From an uncultured Bacilli bacterium (GTDB lineage Bacteria; Bacillota_I; Bacilli_A; RF39; UBA660), in the NCBI GenBank assembly GCA_947628525.1, contig CANRAE010000001.1, forward strand, positions 22,584 to 86,583: a DNA stretch of 64,000 nucleotides, read 5' to 3'. The translations under genes were made by a program, and so were the position numbers. Below the pieces are notes generated by a model. It did not search any database. It was not told the DNA's origin and saw only the letters and a list, made by a program, of their open reading frames with translations. This document shows, in pieces, positions 1-9,716 of the stretch. Each line of letters starts with the position of its first letter. Position 1 is the stretch's first letter.

Positions 1-68
1 ATCATACTTATAATAAAGATACGATCAAAAACATTGAAGAGATTTATGCAATGATAAAAGGAGAATAA
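1..68 (+). CDS. 3' end of an unidentified CDS running off the left edge of the window
   Basis: Frame 3 is open from nt 3 to a TAA at 66-68 (...HTYNKDTIKNIEEIYAMIKGE*) and is followed by a hairpin. It is too short to identify. Confidence 0.3.
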   Translation, partial: HTYNKDTIKNIEEIYAMIKGE

Positions 69-81
69 TTATCTATTCTCC
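60..81. terminator. Hairpin between convergent genes
   Basis: Perfect inverted repeat GGAGAATA (60-67) / TATTCTCC (74-81) with a 6-nt loop. It overlaps both stop codons and has short T runs on both sides. Confidence 0.4.
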
Positions 82-360
82 TTTTGAATATAAATCACTT
101 CCTATGATAATAATGTCTTTATTAACTTGACCAGACTCATAGATTTCTTCGGGATCACTATTTAAATAAATATTTATAACTCCCTTTTCTACTTCATAAG
201 TACAAGCAAAAGTTGAACCAACAACTGTTTTCATACAGCTACCATCGTCATAGAAAGTATAATTTTTATCACTAGCAATCCAAGTTCCTACTACATTTGT
301 TGTTTTAGAGCAACCTAATAATAAGACCATTAATATGCACAGGAATATTATTTTTTTCAT
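73..360 (-). CDS. Small putative lipoprotein, function unknown
   Basis: N-terminus MKKIIFLCILMVLLLGCS is a signal peptide with a lipobox (LLGC). Confidence 0.6.
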   Translation of the reverse strand: MKKIIFLCILMVLLLGCSKTTNVVGTWIASDKNYTFYDDGSCMKTVVGSTFACTYEVEKGVINIYLNSDPEEIYESGQVNKDIIIIGSDLYSKGE

Positions 361-387
361 TTCATCACCAAAGTTATTATACTATTT

Positions 388-930
388 TTATTTATAATTA
401 TCGGCTTTAACTTCCATAAAACTTTTTGGATGTTTACATACAGGACATACTTCAAGTGCATCTTTACCAATATAAATATGTCCACAATTTCTGCAAATCC
501 AAATTTTATCCCCATCTTTGTGGAAAACGCGATCATCTTCAATATTTTTTAATAAAGTTAAATATCTTTCTTCGTGTTCTTTTTCAATTTTACCTACTGC
601 TTCAAATAAATAAGCTAAATCATTAAATCCTTCTTCCTTAGCAGTAGCAGCAAATTCTTTATACATTTCTGTCCATTCATAATTTTCCCCAGTTGCTGCA
701 TCTTTTAAATTATCAATTGTTGAAGGAACGTCGCCACCATGTAAATATTTAAACCAAAGTTTAGCGTGTTCTTTTTCATTGTTAGCTGTTTCTTCAAAAA
801 TAGCTGCAATTTGTTCATAACCATCCTTTTTAGCTTTTGAAGCATAATATGTATATTTATTACGAGCTTGACTCTCACCAGCAAATGCTGTCATTAAATT
901 TTGTTCTGTTTTAGAACCTTTTAATTCCAT
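388..930 (-). CDS. rbr: Rubrerythrin
   Basis: Has ferritin-like di-iron motifs ([28 protein letters not shown]). The C-terminal rubredoxin-type element is CRNCG...CPVC. Confidence 0.9.
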   Translation of the reverse strand: MELKGSKTEQNLMTAFAGESQARNKYTYYASKAKKDGYEQIAAIFEETANNEKEHAKLWFKYLHGGDVPSTIDNLKDAATGENYEWTEMYKEFAATAKEEGFNDLAYLFEAVGKIEKEHEERYLTLLKNIEDDRVFHKDGDKIWICRNCGHIYIGKDALEVCPVCKHPKSFMEVKADNYK

Positions 931-1017
931 GTTTCCTACCTTCTTTCATAGGAATTATTACTTAATTCCTTAACAATTATTATACTATAATTTAATTAAG
1001 TTGCAAGTCCATTATCA

Positions 1018-2979
1018 TTATTTATTATCAAGATAAAATAATCTTTTATGGCTTAAATTACTATTATAAAAAGGGTCTCTTGTTTTTTTCTTCGGCCATT
1101 TCTTTTTAAAATATTTATGATCATTTACCATAGTTCTATTATTGTTTTTGCATTCATTACTATTCTTATGATAAATAATTTCCTTATGAGCTAACGTAAT
1201 ATTATAATATCCTTTTTTTAATAAGCGCAAGCACAAATCAGCATCATAATAAGACTTCTTAAAATGCTTATCAAAACCTGCTATTTCGGTAAATTTAGCT
1301 TTATTTATTAACAAACAATTTATAGGAACAATACTACAATTAGTTGGAAAACAATTATATCCCCAATAAATCCGATCACCTGCCCTAAAGCCTTCAAAAC
1401 GAGGTCTAACATTACCATCAATATAAACCATTCCTGAACTTTTGGTAATATTATTTTTATCCATAATCCTACATCCCACTGCACCAATATGTTTTAACTT
1501 TGCAAAAGCAACCATATCAGTTAAAAAGGAAGAATCTATAATTTCCAAATTACTATCTAAAAAGAAAATATAATCTCCTCTACATCGTGTTAAAACAATG
1601 TTATTAAAACTATTAACAATAGTATCATCTATTGTTAATAATTCTAAATCATGATAGTCACATAATTGTTCTTTAATATCATTACTAACATTATTGCTAA
1701 CAACAATAATATCTTTTTTTTGGTAAGATAACTTGTTAATAGAATCCAAGCATCTTCTTATATTATTGTTATCAGCATTATAAACAATTAAAGAAACAGA
1801 TGGTTCTTTTTTATAAGTATATTGCAATAAATAATTAGATGTACCAAATAATTCACTTATTTCCCCAGTTAAATGTCTTCTTTTTAAAGCAGCCAAAACA
1901 GCTTTTTTACCATTTTCTATAGCATAACTTTTACAACTAATATGACTAGCAGTTGATCCAGGTACTTTACGCCAATGATATAATACTTTTTCGATATGAT
2001 AAATATGATTATAACTAATTTGCTCAGTAATTCTTAAAAATAGATCAAAGTCTTGTGCCCCCACATATTTTTTGCGAAAGCCCCCCATTTTTTTTACTAA
2101 ATTAGTTCTTATTACTGTAAAATGACAAATATAATTACAATTCATAAATGTATCTGGTGCATAATTAGGTTTAAAATATGATTCTAAAAATTCGCCATTA
2201 ATAGTTGCTTTATCTTCATCAGAATATATAAAATCTAAATTTGCATTTTTATTTAAGGCATATACTACTTCATATAATGCATTTTCTGTTAACAGATCAT
2301 CACTATCCAAAAATCCTACAAATTCTCCTTCAGCCATGGCCAAAGCATCATTAGTAGCTAGCGCTATATGACCATTAGTTTTTCTATGTAATAGTTTAAT
2401 GCGCTGATCTTTTGCTTGATATTCCTTTAAAACTTTCAAAGTTTCGGCATTAGTCGAACAATCATCTACAATACATATTTCAAAATTTTGATAACGTTGA
2501 TTTAGAACTGAATCTAAACATTCTATCAAATATTTACTTTCCGTATTATAAACAGGTACTAATAAAGAAATACAAGGATTATATTTCATTTTTTTATAAT
2601 TATAATGGCTATGACGAGCAAAATATTTACTGTACTCTTTGGCATCAGATAAATTTAATGGTCTATTTAACGTTTTATTTAAATTTTTTAATTTAAATAT
2701 TAAACGTCTTATTTTGGCGTTTTTTAATTGACAAAGACAATATTCTTTTTCCTTAGTTACGATATTTATTTTGATATTTTTTTGTTGGTCATTCAATAAA
2801 ACTTTAATATCAAAAAGATATCGTTGTTTATGATAATAACGTTCTTCTTTTATTAATTGATCTGATGCATATATTTTAATTGTTACATCATCACTCAAAA
2901 TCATTCCTCGAAAATTTAAAAGGGGGTTATTCACACCCGAGATTTGATTATATGAAACAATTATGTCCTGTTCTTCCAT
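1018..2979 (-). CDS. Two-domain family 2 glycosyltransferase
   Basis: First GT2 module is ISLLVPVYNTESKYLIECLDSVLNQRYQNFEICIVDDCS...DSDD. A second GT-A-like module starts near SVSLIVYNADNN...FLDSNLE. Confidence 0.8.
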   Translation of the reverse strand: MEEQDIIVSYNQISGVNNPLLNFRGMILSDDVTIKIYASDQLIKEERYYHKQRYLFDIKVLLNDQQKNIKINIVTKEKEYCLCQLKNAKIRRLIFKLKNLNKTLNRPLNLSDAKEYSKYFARHSHYNYKKMKYNPCISLLVPVYNTESKYLIECLDSVLNQRYQNFEICIVDDCSTNAETLKVLKEYQAKDQRIKLLHRKTNGHIALATNDALAMAEGEFVGFLDSDDLLTENALYEVVYALNKNANLDFIYSDEDKATINGEFLESYFKPNYAPDTFMNCNYICHFTVIRTNLVKKMGGFRKKYVGAQDFDLFLRITEQISYNHIYHIEKVLYHWRKVPGSTASHISCKSYAIENGKKAVLAALKRRHLTGEISELFGTSNYLLQYTYKKEPSVSLIVYNADNNNIRRCLDSINKLSYQKKDIIVVSNNVSNDIKEQLCDYHDLELLTIDDTIVNSFNNIVLTRCRGDYIFFLDSNLEIIDSSFLTDMVAFAKLKHIGAVGCRIMDKNNITKSSGMVYIDGNVRPRFEGFRAGDRIYWGYNCFPTNCSIVPINCLLINKAKFTEIAGFDKHFKKSYYDADLCLRLLKKGYYNITLAHKEIIYHKNSNECKNNNRTMVNDHKYFKKKWPKKKTRDPFYNSNLSHKRLFYLDNK

Positions 2980-3008
2980 GTTCTTCTTCTCCTATTTTTG
3001 TCAAGTTT

Positions 3009-4895
3009 TTAATAAAGGCAAAGGTATAAAGTATCATTAACAAAAACCATTTGATCTAGATCAAAATGATCCCAGTCATGATTAGCACAATAACTAATAT
3101 TATCTTCATTATTTGTTATAACTTTAAACTTATCCTTGCCATAATAATTTAAATAACTAATATTAGCCCAATCAACAGTCATACCTCTTGTCGTCATATT
3201 GTTAATATATTTAGCACCTGTATATACCCAAGTTTTATACATATCGTTAGCAAAACTAATTTTATTTACTTTAATATTATTATTTTCTTCATACGTTTCA
3301 ACTATTTTTAAAATGCTTTGGGCCTCATTTTTATCACCATTATTAATGATAAAACGACTAATGGCAATTTCTTGATAATTATAATTTGAAATAGCAATTA
3401 CTATAATAGCTATGATCATAATTATTTTTTCAAAGCTATAATTTACTTTTAAATTAACTATATAAAAGATACTTAAAAAGCCAACGATCGAACCATAAGC
3501 TAATGCACTTCTTGAACATACATCAATATAATCAGTAGCTACTAATATAAAAGGTGCAGCTGGGACAATAATAATAGCCAAGGAAATATAAATTAAAAAT
3601 AATAATAAAGGTATTTTTTTCTTATTTTCTGTTTTTAATATCAAAATTAATAAAATAATTCCTACAACAATAATTAAAGTAAAATACCAAAAGGTTGGTA
3701 ATACTCCTACTGTTTTAGCTATTAATAATTTTAATTGTGTATATATAGCCATTAATGATTTGGATAAATAAATAGACCCACTCGTTCTTTCTACTCCTGT
3801 TATATTGGCATAAATTAAGCCCAAAATACAAGGAACTAAATAATTAAAAGCTACAACCATATTTCTTTTGATAAAAGATATAATATTACTAGAATAATGT
3901 AGTGTAAACAATAAAGGTAATATTAAGACAAAAGCCATTGTTCCTTGATAAGAAAACATAGATAAAATAGAATAAGCAAGAGCTTTTAATAAATATTTTT
4001 TGTTATTAGTATCAAAAAAGGAAACTACATACTTACTAGATATAATTCCCGCTAATAAAGATAAACACATTATACCAGTAAACTCAGGAAAAGAGAAAAA
4101 TTCTACTATCAATATATTAGCAACCACTAAAAAAGAAGTTAATATATTTAACCATTTATTTTTAGTGAATTTTTTCAATATATCATATAAAACAATAATT
4201 CCCATTAATATAGAACCGTAACCAATGAACCATGACAGAATTTTAGCCAGGCGAAAACTAATTTTAAAATAATCTAATAAAACCAAAAATAAATACATAA
4301 TTGGTCTTGTATTTTGTAAATATATTTGGGCATTACCTAAATAACCATTATCATATAAAAACATTGTATCCATGGCAAAATGATCATGCAAAAAGATCCC
4401 AAATAAACTAAATAAAACAATCGCTACTACAACAATGCAAGAATAATCTTTTTTGTCTAAGCACAAAAGATGTTCTTTCTTTTTTTGATTAAAGATCAAA
4501 AACTTACTAAACACATAATTAGCTACTACAATGATAAATTGCACAATGATCTTACTAATCATATCATTAATGTGTAAAAGTTCTATCAGGCAAAACATAG
4601 ATGCCATATCAATTACTAACGATAATATACGATATTTAAAAAAATTAAATAATTCAATTAAAAAAGCTTTATGATCATTAGTTTTACTTTTAAAAACAAC
4701 TATTTTATTAGCAAAAAAAGCAAACAAAACTGATAAGATCCAAGATAAAATCGTTGCTGTTTGATAATCGCACTTTGCTATGCGTGAAAAAAGATAATAA
4801 CTAACAAGACTAATAATCGTTGTTATTACTCCTACTATAAGATACGCTATTACTTCTTCATATTTTTTAGCTAAAACTTTTCCTTTTTGTAACAT
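3009..4895 (-). CDS. GtrA-like 4-TM domain fused to a large polytopic membrane protein (candidate GT-C-type glycosyltransferase)
   Basis: Residues ~15-135 look like a GtrA family domain (IAYLIVGVITTIISLVSYYLF...KFLIF). About 10 more TM helices follow, then a ~110-aa soluble C-terminus. Confidence 0.6.
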   Translation of the reverse strand: MLQKGKVLAKKYEEVIAYLIVGVITTIISLVSYYLFSRIAKCDYQTATILSWILSVLFAFFANKIVVFKSKTNDHKAFLIELFNFFKYRILSLVIDMASMFCLIELLHINDMISKIIVQFIIVVANYVFSKFLIFNQKKKEHLLCLDKKDYSCIVVVAIVLFSLFGIFLHDHFAMDTMFLYDNGYLGNAQIYLQNTRPIMYLFLVLLDYFKISFRLAKILSWFIGYGSILMGIIVLYDILKKFTKNKWLNILTSFLVVANILIVEFFSFPEFTGIMCLSLLAGIISSKYVVSFFDTNNKKYLLKALAYSILSMFSYQGTMAFVLILPLLFTLHYSSNIISFIKRNMVVAFNYLVPCILGLIYANITGVERTSGSIYLSKSLMAIYTQLKLLIAKTVGVLPTFWYFTLIIVVGIILLILILKTENKKKIPLLLFLIYISLAIIIVPAAPFILVATDYIDVCSRSALAYGSIVGFLSIFYIVNLKVNYSFEKIIMIIAIIVIAISNYNYQEIAISRFIINNGDKNEAQSILKIVETYEENNNIKVNKISFANDMYKTWVYTGAKYINNMTTRGMTVDWANISYLNYYGKDKFKVITNNEDNISYCANHDWDHFDLDQMVFVNDTLYLCLY

Positions 4896-4902
4896 AATGC
4901 AC

Positions 4903-5808
4903 CTACTTTAAATTAATTTTATGTTTAACAACATATATTGGCCTATTTTTTGATTGGATATGTACTTGGGAAATATATTCTCCTAATATACCTATAACAA
5001 TAAATTGTAACCCTGACATACCAAAAATTAAGGCACATAATATGCTTATTAAAGTTTTATTAAAGATTAACATTATAAGACTAATTAAAGCTATAATTAA
5101 AGAAATAAAACCAAATACAAAAGTAATTCTTAAAGGTTTGGTACTAAAAGATACAATACCTTCAATCGCATAATTAAATAATTTAGTAAAGTTAAAACTA
5201 CTTTTACCAGCATTACGAGGTTGTGTTGTATAAGGTAAATAATAATTATTAAAACCAACATAAGAGAAAATCCCCTTAGAAAAACGATTTTGTTCTTCTA
5301 GTGAAATAATCGCATCTACAACTTCTCTTCTAAACATTCTAAAATCACTAACACCTTGATGAAAATTTACTTGGGAAATACTATTAATAATATTATAAAA
5401 ACATTTTTTAAAAAAACTTAGTAACTTCCCTTCATTTCTTTGTTCTTGATAAGCCGCTACAATATCAATATTTTGATCTTTTTCTAAAATAGCCATCATA
5501 TCTAATACAATTTTAGGATCTTGTTCCATATCTGAATCAATAACACAGACATAACTACCACAACTAGCTCTTAATCCTGCTAACATAGCTGCTTCTTTAC
5601 CAAAATTTCTAGAAAAAGATATAACTTTTACATGTTTTTTATCAGAACTAATCTCTTTTAATTTTTCAAAAGTATCATCTTTACTACCATCATTTACAAA
5701 AATCATTTCATAATTAGCAATTTTTTCAAAAGTCTTTTTAACATAATTATAAAAAAATAAAATATTACCTTCTTCATTATAACAAGGAATAACTAACGAT
5801 AACTTCAT
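4903..5808 (-). CDS. GtrB/CsbB-like polyprenol-phosphate glycosyltransferase (GT2)
   Basis: LSLVIPCYNEEGNI...VNDGSKDDT...DSDMEQDP plus two C-terminal TM helices. I chose the ATG at 5808 because AGGTGG lies 5 nt upstream. The ORF-track start at 5817 is a GTG inside that RBS. Confidence 0.8.
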   Translation of the reverse strand: MKLSLVIPCYNEEGNILFFYNYVKKTFEKIANYEMIFVNDGSKDDTFEKLKEISSDKKHVKVISFSRNFGKEAAMLAGLRASCGSYVCVIDSDMEQDPKIVLDMMAILEKDQNIDIVAAYQEQRNEGKLLSFFKKCFYNIINSISQVNFHQGVSDFRMFRREVVDAIISLEEQNRFSKGIFSYVGFNNYYLPYTTQPRNAGKSSFNFTKLFNYAIEGIVSFSTKPLRITFVFGFISLIIALISLIMLIFNKTLISILCALIFGMSGLQFIVIGILGEYISQVHIQSKNRPIYVVKHKINLK

Positions 5809-5831
5809 CTTTACCACCTATAAATAATTAT

Positions 5832-5863
5832 AAAAAAAAAGAAGTTATTAATCAATAATTTCT
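5832..5863 (-). terminator. Rho-independent terminator after the 5882-6535 gene
   Basis: Stem AGAAGTTATT / AATAATTTCT has one mismatch. On the minus strand it is followed by a run of 9 T. Confidence 0.5.
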
Positions 5864-5881
5864 TATAATTAAAACAAATAT

Positions 5882-6535
5882 TTAATTTTTATTTTGATAA
5901 GATAATTTTAATACCTCATATAATTTATTATGATTATTATTAATTTTATTACTGATACTTTCTAACAGTTTTTGATACATCAAATTAATATCGTCTATCT
6001 CTTTGCCAAAACATTCATAATATAAATATTGTAATTTAGGCAAATTACCTTTTTGATAACAATTTTCAATTTCTATTTTTAACAAATGACGAACTTCTTT
6101 TTCATGTCTCGTTATAAAATTATTACTATTAATTAGCTTACGTCCTTTACTATAATTTATAGATGTTTCCATTAACTTATTAGATAACATGACAATATCT
6201 TGCTCTTCATCTAATAATAATCCACTGCGATATATGGCTTTTCCATTATTATCAAATTGAATAGCTATAACTCTAATGCCATCAGTAAATAATGAAGCAT
6301 ACTTTATATCTTTATTTTGATCTACTGTATATAATGCGGTTAAATTATTAATTTTATCTAAAAATAATTTATCAACTTTAATTTCATAATTAAGAAAATC
6401 ATTAAAGCTTTTATTATTAATTTTGAAAAATGGCATTTTCTTAATATGTTCAATGTCATCATTTAATTCCCATTCAAAAAATTCATATATTTCTTCACTA
6501 GACCAATTCAAAATAATATCATAAACGTATATCAA
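5882..6535 (-). CDS. UPF0736 / YjbA-like (DUF3603) protein
   Basis: N-terminus MIYVYDIILNWSSEEIYEFFEWE resembles the YjbA N-terminus (MLYLHDVWVNWFEGEE...FHEW), recalled from memory. TTG start with GGAGG 8 nt upstream. Confidence 0.5.
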   Translation of the reverse strand: MIYVYDIILNWSSEEIYEFFEWELNDDIEHIKKMPFFKINNKSFNDFLNYEIKVDKLFLDKINNLTALYTVDQNKDIKYASLFTDGIRVIAIQFDNNGKAIYRSGLLLDEEQDIVMLSNKLMETSINYSKGRKLINSNNFITRHEKEVRHLLKIEIENCYQKGNLPKLQYLYYECFGKEIDDINLMYQKLLESISNKINNNHNKLYEVLKLSYQNKN

Positions 6536-6740
6536 TTTTTGTTCCTCCTTTAAAAATAGACAAAGTAATTATCAATAGCCCTATGATTGCTATAATACAT
6601 TCATATCTCGTCATAATAAACGATAAATATTCTTTTAGGCTATACCCTAAGGTAAATAAATTTAAATAACTAATAATATAAGTAAAACCTATCACTGATA
6701 AACCAAAACCTATAAGAAAAAAGAAGATTCTAGCAATCAT
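6519..6740 (-). CDS. Small two-TM membrane protein, unknown function
   Basis: 73 aa with two hydrophobic helices. AGGTGG lies 4 nt upstream of the ATG. It overlaps the next gene by 17 nt. Confidence 0.5.
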   Translation of the reverse strand: MIARIFFFLIGFGLSVIGFTYIISYLNLFTLGYSLKEYLSFIMTRYECIIAIIGLLIITLSIFKGGTKIDIRL

Positions 6741-6819
6741 CGTACCACCTATTTAATTCTATTTATTATTATTCAATAATATTATGTATTTTCCTTTTTA
6801 TTTTATGCATATAGTAGCC

Positions 6820-6851
6820 AAAAAAAAGAATATATTTAAAGCTATATTCTT
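6820..6851 (-). terminator. Rho-independent terminator after rmuC
   Basis: Stem AAGAATATA / TATATTCTT with an 8-nt loop. A T run follows on the minus strand. Confidence 0.6.
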
Positions 6852-6862
6852 CTTAATTATTA

Positions 6863-7966
6863 TTAATCATCATTAATAAGATAATTATCATCATTATCTA
6901 TACTAGTTGTTAATTTATCCATTTCTACGCCACTGATAACATCAAATTTTTTACTTATTTTTTCAGTTGTAATATAAACATTTTCTACATCTTTATTTAC
7001 AGTCTGGATACTTTTAGCTAGTTTATCCCAACGTTCTTTATAACGTGAAAATTCTATACCTAATTTATTTAATTCTTCATGGATAATAGATGTATATTGA
7101 TCACGTTCTATATTTTTCATAATCATTTGCACAACGGTTAGAGTTGATATTAAGGTTGTTGGTGAGGTAATCCATACTCTTTTTTTATAGGCATAATCAA
7201 TTAAATCTTGATGATAAGCATTAATTTCAGCAAAAATAGCTTCCGCCGGTAAAAACATAATCGCTTGATCACTAGTAACATCAGGAATTATATATTTGCT
7301 ACTTATCGCATCAATATGTTTTTTGACATCTAATTTAAATTGTTTTTCATAATTACTTCTTAATTCTACTGGTATTTTTTTATCGACCATCATACGATAA
7401 TTTTCCAAAGGAAATTTAGAATCAATGGCAATCGTACCAAGAGGTTCTGGGGCAAATAAAACCGAATCCGCAATAGTTCCATTGGGAAAAGTATATTGTA
7501 AAGCAAAGATTTTATCATTACGTTCACCAAAAACAGTAGTTAATATATGTTTTAAGTTAACTTCGCCAAAAATACCACGACTTTTTTTATCCGTAAGAAT
7601 GCCTTGTAAAGAAACAATATCATTAGATAAACCCTCTATTTTTTTCTGAGCTTCATCTATTTTACTTAATCTTTCTAAAACATTAGTGAAAGTCTTATTT
7701 GTTTTTTCAAAATTTTGATCCAATCTTTCGTTAACTTTGTCATTAATTAAATTAAGTCTTTCTTCCAACTTAACATTTAATTTATTAAAATCATCATTTA
7801 ACTCATGAGTCAAATTATCCTTAAAATCCCCTATTTCTTTATTAATATTTACTTCAAAACGCCCTAATCGTTCAGTTATATTACCATCATTCATACCTTT
7901 TTTTATGAATAAAATAAGTATTAAAAAAATTAAAATACTTAATAAAACTATAATTGCTACTTCCAT
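6863..7966 (-). CDS. rmuC: DNA recombination protein RmuC
   Basis: N-terminal TM anchor, long coiled-coil region and a C-terminal nuclease-like core (AIMFLPAEAIFAEI, VWITSPTTLISTLTVV). Confidence 0.8.
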   Translation of the reverse strand: MEVAIIVLLSILIFLILILFIKKGMNDGNITERLGRFEVNINKEIGDFKDNLTHELNDDFNKLNVKLEERLNLINDKVNERLDQNFEKTNKTFTNVLERLSKIDEAQKKIEGLSNDIVSLQGILTDKKSRGIFGEVNLKHILTTVFGERNDKIFALQYTFPNGTIADSVLFAPEPLGTIAIDSKFPLENYRMMVDKKIPVELRSNYEKQFKLDVKKHIDAISSKYIIPDVTSDQAIMFLPAEAIFAEINAYHQDLIDYAYKKRVWITSPTTLISTLTVVQMIMKNIERDQYTSIIHEELNKLGIEFSRYKERWDKLAKSIQTVNKDVENVYITTEKISKKFDVISGVEMDKLTTSIDNDDNYLINDD

Positions 7967-7976
7967 AAGACTTCTC

Positions 7977-8552
7977 CTAATCTATTTTCATTTTTTTATT
8001 TACTATTTTGGACAAAATATAAGCACCAATTAACAATATAACTAAAATAATCATTGTTCGCATATCAGTAATACTATTCAAAAAACTCTTACCGACAAAT
8101 CCCCAAAAATAAACAATAGACAATTTACCGATCAAAATACTAAATACAAATTTTCGATAATTGGTATTTACCAATCCACAAGCAATATTTACTAAAAATG
8201 CTGGGGTAAATGGAAGAGCCACAATCAGTACTAATTCACTAAACTTTATTTTTTTTATTCGTTCCATAATTTTATTCAATCTTTTACGACTACTAGCTTT
8301 TTTTATAAAATGAGTACTAAATAATTTAGCAAAAAAGAAATAAGATAAAAAACAGCCAATACATGTTGCTCCCCAAGATATGATAAAGCCTATTATTTCC
8401 CCAAATGCTAACATATTAAAAGCAATAAAAACACCTAATGGTAAAGCTGGCAAAATTGATTCTAAAATAATCAAACCTATACCAAATGGCACCCCAAATT
8501 GTTGTAAATAAATAGTTATTTGTTGCACAAACGAATCAATTAACTCTACCAT
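7977..8552 (-). CDS. TVP38/TMEM64 (DedA-related, SNARE-associated) family membrane protein
   Basis: 191 aa, polytopic. LPALPLGVF...PFTPAFLVNIACGL is typical of the YdjX/TVP38 family. Confidence 0.7.
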   Translation of the reverse strand: MVELIDSFVQQITIYLQQFGVPFGIGLIILESILPALPLGVFIAFNMLAFGEIIGFIISWGATCIGCFLSYFFFAKLFSTHFIKKASSRKRLNKIMERIKKIKFSELVLIVALPFTPAFLVNIACGLVNTNYRKFVFSILIGKLSIVYFWGFVGKSFLNSITDMRTMIILVILLIGAYILSKIVNKKMKID

Positions 8553-8601
8553 TTTATCACCATTTATTATTATATTACAGTTTTAAGTTTTTTAAAAGAA
8601 G

Positions 8602-8642
8602 ATTAACAAAATATATTGCACAATTAACAAAATATATTGCAC
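8602..8642. repeat. Exact 20-nt direct repeat, two copies with 21-bp periodicity
   Basis: ATTAACAAAATATATTGCAC occurs at 8602-8621 and again at 8623-8642. It lies in the 130-nt promoter region of the TVP38-family gene. Confidence 0.85.
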
Positions 8643-8682
8643 TCCAAAAAACGATAATTTTTGGTCAATAGAAATAAACCCT

Positions 8683-8988
8683 TTATCTTTGTTTCTTATT
8701 ATCTACTTCATCTTCTAGATCTTCCGGTACTACAGTAGGTTTAATATTAATATTTAAATTAACATTAACAAGTCCTTTTTTTAACTCTAATAAGCCATTT
8801 TTTAACTTATCAAATTTGTCAAATACTTTAGCCGTATTTTTAATAAATGCCACTATTCCCTTTCTTATTTTTTCAAATACCGTAAAAGAAATCTCTTCTT
8901 TAATTGGTTCGCCAATTTCTTTAATATTTGTCGCTTCTAATTCTGTTATGGCTACCTTTTTTAAACCTTCATCATTATAGTTGTTCAT
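8683..8988 (-). CDS. Hypothetical protein (101 aa)
   Basis: Open frame only. The product is K/E-rich, the RBS is weak and I recognise no motif. Confidence 0.4.
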   Translation of the reverse strand: MNNYNDEGLKKVAITELEATNIKEIGEPIKEEISFTVFEKIRKGIVAFIKNTAKVFDKFDKLKNGLLELKKGLVNVNLNINIKPTVVPEDLEDEVDNKKQR

Positions 8989-9131
8989 GTTATCGCTTCC
9001 ATTTTATATTTAATTTTATTATATCTATATTTTTTAACTAATTCAATAAAAGCACTTTATAGTTGACACTAAATTTGTATATTATGAATATATAATAGAT
9101 ATTTAGGTTAAAACTATAATTGGTGAAGATT

Positions 9132-9647
9132 ATGAGTTTATTATTTTTATGTATAAAAATTTTTTGCGTCAGAATAATTGATGTATCCTTAGGTACTTTT
9201 AGGACTATCATTACGGTTAAAGGTAAATCTTTATATGCTAGTTTAATTGGCTTTGTCGAAGTTTTTGTATGGTTTATCATCGTTAGAGAAGCCCTAAATA
9301 CCGATGTTGATAGTATTTGGATCGCTATTTCTTATTCCTTAGGCTTTGCAACTGGAACTTATATAGGTAGCTTTATATCCAATAAATTTATTAAATCTAA
9401 CTTTTCTTTTGAAATCATTACCTCTAATATGGAACTAGTTAATATTTTAAGAAATAAAGGTTATGCTGTTACTGTTTTTAATGTTAAAGGCAAAGATGAT
9501 CAAAATGATAAATATATGTTATTATTAGAAATCGATAATAATGCCCTTAATAATTTAAGAAATATTGTCAAAAAAATCGATAAACAAGCTTTTGTCATTG
9601 TAACAGAAACCAAATTTGTCCAAAATGGATATTTTAGAGCATTATAA
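9132..9647 (+). CDS. UPF0316 family membrane protein (DUF2179-containing)
   Basis: IFCVRIIDVSLGTFRTIITVKGK is the typical UPF0316 N-terminus, followed by a soluble C-terminal DUF2179-like part. ATG at 9132 has GGTGA 5 nt upstream. Confidence 0.7.
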   Translation: MSLLFLCIKIFCVRIIDVSLGTFRTIITVKGKSLYASLIGFVEVFVWFIIVREALNTDVDSIWIAISYSLGFATGTYIGSFISNKFIKSNFSFEIITSNMELVNILRNKGYAVTVFNVKGKDDQNDKYMLLLEIDNNALNNLRNIVKKIDKQAFVIVTETKFVQNGYFRAL

Positions 9648-9716
9648 ATTTTATTTTAGTATCAATTGCCAAAACTAAATGTTTATAGTACAATTATAAA
9701 TATTTATGGAGGGATT

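Noticed and set aside
357-626. ORFs 357-542 (-) and 426-626 (+) overlapping rubrerythrin
   Set aside because: Both are alternative frames of the rubrerythrin gene, whose identity is clear from its di-iron and rubredoxin motifs.
931-1017. PerR/Fur-type box upstream of rubrerythrin (AT-rich near-palindrome around 975-1000) and the hairpin AGGAATTA/TAATTCCT at 950-970
   Set aside because: The best 7-1-7 candidate differs from TTATAATnATTATAA at several positions, so it cannot be distinguished from background in ~27% GC DNA. The hairpin has no T run, so a terminator call is not supported.
8602-8642. Possibility that the 20-nt direct repeat is a CRISPR fragment
   Set aside because: There are only two copies separated by 1 nt, with no spacers and no cas genes in the window.
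9038-9280. 80-aa minus-strand ORF overlapping the UPF0316 gene start and its promoter region
   Set aside because: It has no RBS and a low-complexity translation, and it overlaps a better-supported plus-strand gene.
9648-9716. ABC-F protein as an inducible antibiotic-resistance (ARE) gene with a leader-peptide attenuator
   Set aside because: Only ~69 nt lie upstream, with no leader ORF and no terminator/antiterminator structure. A housekeeping ABC-F is more likely. Subfamily assignment would need a phylogeny.
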